DNA of 64,000 nucleotides from Octopus sinensis (lineage: Eukaryota): contig NC_042998.1 in assembly GCF_006345805.1 (NCBI RefSeq), positions 75,516,001 through 75,580,000 of the forward strand. The letters are read 5' to 3'. Every line of letters begins with the position of its first letter. The first letter of the stretch is position 1. A program made the translations under genes and the position numbers. Shown here one piece after another: positions 53,387-64,000 of the stretch. A model generated the notes under the pieces. The model was not told the DNA's origin. It made no database searches and saw only the letters and a list, made by a program, of their open reading frames with translations.

Positions 53387-54059
53387 CACTATCGGTTTCC
53401 TTTATTGGAATCTTCTCCCTGTTCATGTTGAACTGCAAACATTTAGGTGGATTACATAAATGCTGCTCAGCGAGTATTATGCGTGTGTTTGCTTGTGTGT
53501 GTGTATATATGTATGTGTGTTAACTCAAACAAGAATTTATTTACACTGTTTATGTTATTTTCAACCTCTCCTTTTCGTCATTTTCATTATTTTCTCCTTT
53601 CTCTTTTTCTCTATTCTTCAGTTTTCCTCTCTTTTCTCACTCTCCCTCTCCTCTCCTCTCTTGACCTGTTCCTTGTTTCTCCCCTTTTCGTCTTTACCTA
53701 TTATTTCTTCTGCCAAACAATATTTTGCGCTTTTGTAGGAATTGCACCTTTCCACACATTTTCTCCATTTTCTATTTTATCCACGCAATCACTCATTTCG
53801 TTTTCACTTCAGCTTTTCATTGAAGAGCTTATGTAGTATTTTTAGCACCTATTTTCATAATGTATTACTAATATGCATACTACCTATTCTATTCTGCTTC
53901 ATTTAGTGAAAAACGCTCACTATTTACAAACTTTGATACTTGTTCAGTTTTCCAAATCGATTTAACGTACAGAAAGACTTTAATAGTCGTCCACAATTCC
54001 TATCAGTACGCCTTAGTTATATTCTTTCTCGTGAACTTATCTTATTGTTCATATCATAC

Positions 54060-54300
54060 ACATATTACCATACATCTGCCATACTCTGAACGTCTTGCTT
54101 CCCTGGGCATGGATACATAAAAACTCCGACATCTTTCCAATCCTTTTCTTATTATTCAATGCGTCTAACACTCGTGGACATGCTTACAAAATGAAGAAAT
54201 AACACAGCACTCGTGACTTTCAGAAACATTTTTTCGCGCTCAGGACTGCTGAACCATAAAATAAATTACCTGCGTTAGTTAATAGCAGTTGAGTTGTCCC
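54060..54300 (+). mobile_element. Decayed CR1-like LINE 3' fragment
   Basis: PYSERLASLGMDT*KLRHL and DFQKHFFALRTAEP*NKLP. Confidence 0.6.
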
Positions 54301-55415
54301 CCACTCCATTTCTTGTCTTCAATTTTAAGGGCTTTTTCACTGCCTTCTTCCTGTGCATATTCTATGTACTGTTCATGCAGTTTTCGCTACTTTTTATTTA
54401 GCCAAATTTGTACATACGACAGTTTAACATAATAACAATGATATAAATGTATATGTGTGTGTGTGTATGTACGTATGTATGTATGTATGTATATGCATGT
54501 ATGTATGTATGCATGTATGTATGTATGTATGTATGTATGTATTACGTACGTATTTATCCATATTCACATACCGACAGGTATTGTTTAGACATCATACACA
54601 TACACACATTCATAAAGAGACAAATATAGAGTATTTAGAGAGAAAAAGAAAGAAAATTAAAGCAATGAGAAAAGAGAGTAACTTAACATATGCTCACAAA
54701 CGTATAATTTATTTTTAACCGAAATAAATTATTAGGTTTTTTTTGTCAACAAAGTTAAGTTTTCTCTATTATTAGATGATGATAAAATTTTAATTCCAAT
54801 CTGAAATAGTTATTGAATTTACAAGCGTAATTATATAAGCTGACACAGTTTTCTATCAATTTCATGCATCTAGATTTCTCTGCAATCTGTTAAGCATATG
54901 ATAAATATAGTAGAATCCTGTTTTCTCATTTACTCTTATTTCTCAAATTTCTTACTGTCTTCGACTAGTGTCGTTTATTTGGAAGCTGAAGGATGTATAT
55001 GTGTGTGTATGTGCGTATTCACATGTATGTATATGTATATATATATATATATAAGTACAAAGTGAGATAGGGGTTATGAGTGTAACCCACTATGGGATAT
55101 CATTTATCCAATATACTGCCAGTATAGTACCCAGAAGGATAATACATAAATGCTAAGAGTTGCAATGCAATTAATTCATTTATTATATTATATGGGCGAA
55201 GGTAAAATGTTTTACCTCAAATTCAAAAAAAAAAAAAGAAAATGGAGGAATAGATTTCCTTCAATCCTCAACTTCCAGATAATACCAATTCATATAATTT
55301 ATTAACTAATTATTTAGATTAAATAGGAACATCCAAATCCAACAGAATAAGACAGAATAAAACAATATACATCAATAAGTAAGATAATACTATAAGAATA
55401 ATACATATAAAATGG

Positions 55416-55541
55416 ATCTTACAGCTGTTTCAGTCTGAAGATAAGAGTATCTCATTATGCCCATATTAGTCAGATGTATTGAGGTAATATGCAGTTAAAA
55501 ATGAGTTACTTATATATATATTTCAAAGCCTCGTCAGAGAT
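55416..55541 (-). ncRNA. Type I hammerhead with ~99-nt rod-like helix II
   Basis: Minus strand: atct-CTGACGA-[99 nt]-GAAA-CAGCTG-TA|agat; palindrome ACAGCTGT. Confidence 0.65.
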
Positions 55542-55643
55542 TATAAAGTACAATTATAAAGATATAAAAGGAAGATATAAGATACAAATGTGGATATTAA
55601 ACAAGGTACACATATACAAGAAATATAATATATTGGTATTATT

Positions 55644-55713
<70 letters not shown>

Positions 55714-56002
55714 GTTTTTAGTAATGTAATACAATGAACTTTGGACTTTGTATGTGTACACTTTGATGTGGATATATATGTATATTCCAGTATATAGATC
55801 TGATTAACTGTAACCTTATGTGTATGTATATTATTATGTATATACTTATATATATGTATATGTAGGTGTATATACACTTATATGTATGTATATATGTATA
55901 TATGCATATTCTTGTATGTGTGTACCTTGTTTAATATTCACATTTGCATCTTATATCTTCATTTTATATCTTCATTTTATATCTTTATAATTGTACTTTA
56001 TA

Positions 56003-56135
56003 ATCTCTGAGGAGGCATTGAGGAGGCATTGAGATATATATATATATCAATTTTAACTGCATATTACCTCAATACATCTGACTAATATGGGCATAATGAG
56101 ATACTCTTATCTTCAGGCTGAAACAGCTGTAAGAT
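56003..56135 (+). ncRNA. Type I hammerhead with ~106-nt helix II
   Basis: atct-CTGAGGA-ggc-[insert]-gct-GAAA-CAGCTG-TA|agat. Confidence 0.65.
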
Positions 56136-56341
56136 CCATTTTATATATATTATTCTTATGGTATTATCTTACTTATCGATATGTATTGTTTTATTCTGAC
56201 TTATTCTGTTGGATTTGGATGTTCCTATTTAATCTAAATAATTAGTTAATAAATTATATGAATTGGCATTATCTGGAAGTTGATAACTGAAGTTGATAAC
56301 TGAAGGAAATCTATAATCTATTCCGACATTTTCTTATCTTG

Positions 56342-56375
<34 letters not shown>

Positions 56376-56403
56376 TATTTATACATATATATATACATAT
56401 ATT

Positions 56404-56434
<31 letters not shown>

Positions 56435-56460
56435 ATGTATATCTACATATATATATATAA

Positions 56461-56517
<57 letters not shown>

Positions 56518-56952
56518 ATAACAATTTAATAAATAAAACATATGCATGCATACATACATATATGTACATACCTACATCTATATGTATATATACATGCATA
56601 TATGGGTACAGGACACCACAAATAAACGTAGTACACAACGAGAAACGAAAACATAAAAACAAAACAAGGAAACGGACTTTTTTTAACAACGAAAAAACAG
56701 AGTACAAGACATACAACACAAGGATTATTCCCCTTCTTCAGCTGCCCTACATATAGATGTAGGTATGTACATATATGTATGTATGCATGCATATGTTTTA
56801 TTTATTAAATTGTTATTATATGATTGAACGCACGCGTCTTCTTCCAATTAAGTTTTATATATATACATATTTGTATATATATATATATATATATTTCCGT
56901 AATGAGATAAAAAAAAACAAGACTGTGTAGATTTTAGAACATTTATAAATAG

Positions 56953-56999
56953 GTCTTACAGCTGTTTTTTTATATTTATTATATCCCTTCATCGGAGAC
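56953..56999 (-). ncRNA. Decayed hammerhead in a PLE-like remnant (about 56900-57660)
   Basis: Minus strand: gtct-CCGATGA-agggata...-AAAA-CAGCTG-TA|agac. Stem I and the palindrome survive, but the core is mutated. Confidence 0.45.
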
Positions 57000-57660
57000 G
57001 GTGTGAGATGGTTAAGCAACACTTAATTTAGATAAGATACGAAATACAGAGTGAGATGGAGGAATTAAAATAGATGTGAGATATGCAGGGATATTTCATT
57101 TGTAGATCCATTATTTAGGCAGAATGTTATACATATAAGATTCCAATTGGTCATTCCAAGTATACAGTTTATACACAGTGTCATTGAATCAAGGGTTTTA
57201 ATTAAAGTAAGCTAAAAGTACGGAATGTATTAGTAAGGTCAAATCGAAAACAGGAAGAGAGGAATAAAGAAAGAGAAAAAGAGTAAAGAGAGAAAAGAAA
57301 GGGAAGAAAATAAGAAAAATAATAAAATAATAAAAAATACAAAAAAGAAGAAAAACAGGAAGAGAGGAATGAATAAAAGAAAGAAAAAAGAAAATGGAAT
57401 AACAAGAAAAAGATAGTAACGGAAAGTGCACCAGATAGTGGTCAGTCGAGGTAATTTGAAAGTAGGAATGGAGAGATAAGGTTGATAAAGAGAGAAAGGT
57501 ATTAGAGTGTAAAAAGACAGAAGGAAGGGGTGATAGAGAGAGAGGTATTAAAAATAAAGGAGTGTCAATTGTGCAGAGATAGAATCTAAGTGATGGGGCA
57601 GAGAGGGGGATAGTAGTATGGAATGAAGAATTTAAGAATTTGGGTGGTGCGTGTATATAT

Positions 57661-57713
<53 letters not shown>

Positions 57714-57974
57714 CAAAATGGGACAAGAACGCAAAACATCCAGATAGACGATACAAAACACACGGACAGGAGCCTTTAATCTTCAGTCAAATACCTGATC
57801 ATCCTCGCAATTTTGGCTGATTAATCTTGAGATTGCTCCAATCTGGCCATCCCCAAGGAAAAACTAAGCTAAGAGCATTAGATTCCTTGGGAAACGGATC
57901 GAATGTATACGAAACAATGACGGAAAAACGGACGATGTTACACGAATGTAAATACAAAAGTAATACAAAAAAAC

Positions 57975-58014
<40 letters not shown>

Positions 58015-58336
58015 GGACATAACAACTGGCGTCTTTCGACTGGAGACGAATTGAATTCAGCTGGCGTGTTGGGAATTAAGCCTTACAGCAGAGAAAAACG
58101 TTGATGTGAACGTGACCGTGGTCCGATGCAAAAGGGCTAGCAGTCGGCCAACGGTCACATATGTATGTATGCGTATATGTCTATATATATGCATATGTAT
58201 ATCTATTACTCAGACAAATGATTGTACATATATGAATATGTGTATAAGCAATAGAGATACATGCAAATTTATATAGACAGACAGATAGACAGACATACAT
58301 ACAGACAGACAGATACATACATAGATAGATAGATAT

Positions 58337-58425
<89 letters not shown>

Positions 58426-58849
58426 AAGACATCTTACAACCTGTTTAGATTATATTGACATTAGCCATTTCAAAAATCTGTACATAATACATATTTTTTA
58501 CAAAAACCATAAAGACAACTTTAAATATAAGAATTTGTCCACATTTTATAAAAATTACAGTATATACACCCAGATCTAGTGATGCACAATGGACTATTAT
58601 AAACTATAACATGTAATAGTTCGCAAAGCATACCAAAACTAAATACAACGAACAGTATACATTTGTTTGAACTACTTGTGATTCATTCACTATTTCTGTC
58701 AATCAGAAATAGTATTTTATGAAAGCATTTTACTTGAATTTATTTGTCAATACCGTCTCTATTGGATCGTCTAACCACATTCTAATCTCAGCAACCTGAA
58801 ACAGATCACATGACACAACTTACGTAGAGAACTTAAAAACAGCTAACTA

Positions 58850-59700
58850 TACGAAGTTTTGCTATATTTAAGGTAATTTTTCATGGGCGAAAATGGGCTC
58901 TATTTGACTATTTGAATCATCAAACGTATGTTTGAAACAATCTTCACAAGCATCCCCATCCAAATTTCTCACCAAAGAAGCACATAACTTCAAATCCACA
59001 TAATACTTCACACATAGCTGCGCTGGATCATTACAAGTTACAAATGCTACCTACAATGTCGGGAAAACATCACCGCTTCTACCATTCGGACGAAGTTTAT
59101 CTAGACTGCGACAGTAGTGAACGACAGACATTCAAATCTGTCTCTGTGTACCGCAAAGCATGCAAACTCTCCTGTTTCCCTAATTGCAATCAATCATTCT
59201 TGTCCCTTCCCAAAAGGATCTCCCTCCTCTGTTTTTACGTAAAGCGTGTACCAACCAGTTTTGGACAACGGTAGCACCACCGTGAAAACTTTCGCACTTG
59301 ATGCTCGAATTGTTTCCGACTATACATTACACATACTCAAAAAAACTTTGAGCTTCCATTTTACTTATATCAGTCTGCAATCACTTCTATTCCCTTCAAG
59401 TCAATTAGACCAACGATTATTGCAATTACTTTCTCATTGACTTCAAACAGTGTACCCCTATTATCGATAATACATTCTGAAGCAATATGCCTCATTCCCG
59501 TCAAAGGCAACAATACTGATCACGCTGTAAACTACGCCTACCAGTTAAAGCGTAATGGTCTGTTCTTAGTAATTATGGTCTACAACACATTGACGCCCAC
59601 TTTATTACCAGTGATCGTAATTACTGTATTAGTAGCGCCGGGTCTACTGAAATTTTAGTCTATGTCATACATCAGTGGCACATCATAATTGAAATTCGGC
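58850..59700 (+). mobile_element. Very old Penelope-like fossil
   Basis: Fragments IFMGEN, LPF...SVYRK and NYAYQLKRN resemble PLE RT, thumb and GIY-YIG motifs, in the correct order. Confidence 0.4.
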
Positions 59701-61568
59701 GAAAACAATTCCTTTGTTCTTGACAATTGCTTTTTACCTGCCTGACACGGAAACTCCCATGGGCTTCGTCAAACACCCATTTATTGTATTATAATCCTAC
59801 AGTTCTGTCGTATTGCACCACTGCAATATGCACAGACGGAGCTCCCTTTCTCATTAACGAACCATCTGCTGTTTTCTTCCCATACAGTAACAACTTCCTG
59901 CATGTCTCCTCCTTTACCACCTCTTACTCCCATGCATATACTAACTTTCTTCACTCGGTGCTAACCTTCCCAGTATATGTGCCGTCTATAAGCAACCTAG
60001 GCAATCATAAACTACTTCTATTAACAGAGATCTATAAATATCTTGCAATAATAACACTATGATTATATCATATTCTCCAACCACGCAAAGGTACAATCAT
60101 TAACATACATGGAAACAGTTTTCTATATCACATTTTCTAAACTTGAAAAACATACTATAAAAATTGAAAACGTTCTAAATGCTAAACCTCTATAAGGATG
60201 AATGTATGGCAATCTTATATTCATAACAGCTATATTCCCGATATTAATCTTTCTTTTTATTGCCTGAAAATACATCAGCCCTAAATGGTTGCTTACACTT
60301 TACCAAACATAAGTGAGATCTACAATGAATGATCCCAATTTGATACAACGCACCTTTCACACGCAACTCATCCTCTGCTTCTGAAGAAAATATCCTCCGA
60401 CTAATTAACAAAGAGTGACACATCAACACACTCCAACATCTTGTGTACAGATTTGGTGTTCCCTCATTCTGCCTCCTCTCTTTTACAGCTATTACCACGA
60501 ACTCTAACTCACGTTCAAGCAAAAACCACTTGTCTCTTCACCCATTTTTGAGTCGCAAACAAATCACTATATCTAAAGCTCTCTTCTTAGAATTTCAACA
60601 ATTTGGAATAGGATGACACCCTCATTTTTCTTACTACTTGTAGCTTCTGTTCAAGCTCAATATTCAGTCTTGTTAATCTCCAAGAGAACAATATATTCCC
60701 TTCCTTCTGATGGATAGCATAAAACAACTTTTTATATATATACTACGGTTAGGCTTGGGTTAACGACTATAATCTATTTTACGACTGTTTTAGCTATCTT
60801 TAGTGCGCAGTCTGCTTATAGTTAATGGCAAATATTGCTGTACAAATCTTAATAACGTTAATCAAATATGTTAACAAGCCATTAAACGAATCAGAAACTT
60901 ATTTTCTGTACAGAAACATTGTTTAGAAACAATATAAAACATATTTTGTTATAAATGTGTTCATTACAGAAGAAACCACTACAAATAATTAGATTTGATC
61001 CCATCTTTTTTTTTAATCCTGTGTCTTCCTCCAAGTAATTAGTTATTTCAGCTATTTCATTATTTTGAGTAACTTTTTTTCCTTCGAGTTAAATTAGTGA
61101 AATGCCTAGAACTAACAAAATTAATTGCTTCTAAGGAGCATCTTCACTTTTATTTGCAGAAGAAATAATAGCAAACGTGATTTTAATTGCTGATGAATAC
61201 TATTGATTGTGACTCTTCATAACTAATTTTGATGTCTTGAAGTATTACTCACCAATATCATCTGAAGTGAGCTTCACACACTTTGAATTACTAATAAATT
61301 AAGATGCCACTTCCCCTTTCGTTTCTTGTTAGTATATTTTTAATTAAGTTTTCCAAGTAATTTGGAACAGCCTCATTGCTACATTGCCTTACAGACAGTT
61401 CAGATATTCTATTATCACTTCTCACCTTATAATGCAGCTACGATTTCAATATTCTAGATCTAGTTTTATTTATGTTTGCAAAATGCCTTCCAGCAGCTGT
61501 AATCAGGTGATACACTACGCATATGGTGCACAGAAACAAGCCCATACACATACGCACACAAATACACA

Positions 61569-61608
<40 letters not shown>

Positions 61609-61819
61609 TGTGTATGTATACATTTAGTTGGCTTTGGTTAGCAAATGATTTGAATGAAAATCAAATTGTTGATTCTAAAACAATTTCATGGAAGTAGGAA
61701 CATTGTAACGATTTCGTAGTAATGTGCTCACATTTGCTAAATTTATTCTTATATATATATATATATATATATATATACGTGTTTCGATGTTACATTAGGT
61801 TCGATTTGTTTAAGAATTT

Positions 61820-62010
61820 GATGCAGTATTGGTTATATTGATACAGAAATCCACATTTTGCGGTTGAAAGATAAAGATTAGTTCTCTATCATACTACTCT
61901 TTGATTCATCGACTCTGGAAGAATGAAACGCTAAATTGACATTGATGATATTTGAACACAAGGCGTGATGCTATTTGAACACAAGGCGTAAAAATTTGCA
62001 ACAAAAATCC
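61820..62010 (-). mobile_element. Decayed SINE with a 17-bp internal duplication
   Basis: ttcatcgactctggaagaatgaaacgctaaattgac...; atttgaacacaaggcgt occurs twice. Confidence 0.45.
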
Positions 62011-63379
62011 GATTGTATTAATCCACCACCAACTCCCATAAAGTAAGGTAATGGAATTGAGCTTATATGTTTTATATTGAATTGTACAAAGTCGTGCTTA
62101 ATTTCCTGCTATCATATCTACATTATTTCATCGTTTTATTGACATTTGTTGATACTTCTATTGAACTTCAGAATACCAAAAATGAAGAGTGTTGGGTAGA
62201 ACTCCAAAACCATTTTAATCAACTACATTGAATATTATGGAAATATATTTAATTCATTGATAATAAGATTATTTAACGATAGAAAACGAATCCGTGAAGG
62301 TTTTCGTACCGATTGATGTTATGAAATTTTTTAATGTATCAATAATATATTTCAACTTCTGCCTCAAATGTTTACAGAATCTATATAAATATTTTGTTGC
62401 TTTGTCTTTCTCTGTTTACCAATTCTCCATTACTTATTTTTGTACTCATTTCCCATGTTTGATATTATCCTGTATAACAATATTGGTTTGCTATAATTGA
62501 TAGAGTAATGGAAGGTATAAACGATCTCAAACATAAGCGAATAAATATTGATTTTTAACGTACACATACATATGGTGTAGCACAAGATTCCGCCCTGAGT
62601 GTGTTCACATGTGTGTGAGTGTGCATGTGTGTGTGAATGAGTGAATGAATGTGTATGTGATATGTGTGTGAATGAGTGTATATATGTGTGTAAAAAGATG
62701 GGTTTCGTATATATAATATGTCCTACAGTATTTGATTGATATTCATATTCGTCAAAATCTAGCTCGATGTAATTCGCACTTTGACAAAATATTTTGTCCG
62801 ATGCTCTACTCATTCGACCAGTTCACCACCATTCTTGAAAATATATTGATAACTACACAAAATGATATTAATGTTTTTAGCAACAATGTTGGACAAATTA
62901 ATGGAACAAGGACCACGTATCTATCGTTGAATGGGAGATATGAAAAACTGTTTAATTTGCTGTTCTCTGATTAAAAGATGAAGACCTAGCATGATACCTA
63001 CTGACACTCAATGTATTTTACTGTACTTCAAGAAATATTTTCATTGCAAAACCTAGAGTTTTGTTGACCAGAAAATAAGTACTCCGTTTCAGTAGTTTTT
63101 CTAAGGCAATAATGTAATATTCTCCATGAATATCTTTTTTGTAGCATATTTTCCACAAAAGTACCCATATCATTTTCACGTTAATAATTGTTTTATTCAA
63201 AAAGGTTTTCTGCCATAGGTTCTGAATTCTGCTATTCGCACTGTTTTTGAATATTTCAGTCTAAACATTTTCTATTAATAAGTATTTTCTTTATACCAAT
63301 CCAGTTAATTTTCTTTAACGCCATACCTGGCTTTCAGGTGCTTTTAGCGGTGCTCTCTCTGTTACAGGCATTTTTTCCA

Positions 63380-63650
63380 TGAGTCCGGTTTTAGGATATT
63401 TCCCATCAATCTCGGAAGCTCTGACAAATTAGACAGTTACAGACCCTGTACTTCTCTCCCTGACTAACTATTAAGAACAATATCAGAAAATGTATCTGTG
63501 ACTAATACAGAAATATCCTATGACATATATTTCTTGGTGGAGGACGTATCTTTACCAAGATATTCTTGGACGTGCTCAAGAGATATTCGAATGGCCTGTA
63601 TAGCCGCTTGCAGTTATCTAATTGACTTTATTTCATACAGACACCATTTT
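63380..63650 (+). mobile_element. Very old LINE RT fossil
   Basis: DSYRPCTSL...(NYRPISLL-like); many stops. Confidence 0.3.
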
Positions 63651-64000
63651 AATTACAGGACAAAATAAGAAATAGTTGTACTGCACACCGATGTTCATCA
63701 GAATCCTTCTCTTCGTTATACTATGAAAGACATCACATGAAAGAGGGTTAACATCAGAACCATACAACAAAAGCAATAAAACAAATGTAACCCAAATACT
63801 GTTTCTATTTCGCCAAAAGATAATGCTAATATATGTTAATGAATCTCGTGCTCCATTATGATAGTTGAAACATGAGGATTAAACAAACTACACGATGTGT
63901 GGCCCACGGACACAGATGTGCAAATAATGTTGCAATAAAAGGTTCACATGAATGTTTTGAACTTTCAAATTAATTGCAATGGAAATTTTCTTTTTTGCTT

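Larger units (their letters stand above)
55236..56335. repeat. ORF-less foldback: ~390-430-bp inverted arms around a microsatellite spacer, one hammerhead per arm
   Basis: 55236-55625 is the reverse complement of about 55906-56335 (roughly 90% identity by eye). The right arm has three short internal tandem duplications. Confidence 0.9.

Overview
This is AT-rich, microsatellite-dense eukaryotic DNA, very probably from an octopus: the SINE families and the GATA/TA/TAA microsatellite load match octopus repeats I recall, but I could not run a search. No host protein-coding gene can be supported. Recognisable coding sequence is all transposon-derived: a young 5'-truncated Penelope-like element (PLE; RT + GIY-YIG, Neptune-like) with an inverted pseudo-LTR (pLTR) at 1.05-3.7 kb, older PLE fossils, a Dong/R4 LINE in (TAA)n, a 5'-inverted CR1/L2 LINE nested in a SINE, Hero-, RTE- and CR1-type remnants, mariner and possible hAT remnants, several SINEs and a MITE. 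The main signal is a dense set of type I hammerhead ribozymes (HHRs) read by eye. About ten have a complete core, from at least five unrelated sequence families, and more are decayed. Each has a (near-)palindromic stem III of the dimer-cleaving type. Variants include U3:A8 cores, an extra A before G12, and a ~100-nt rod-like helix II. Several sit in ORF-less inverted (foldback) structures. The 24.6-26.9 kb array has a 466-nt head-to-tail monomer and four intact HHRs, which resembles a retrozyme (circRNA-producing) locus. All RNA structures were derived manually and are untested.
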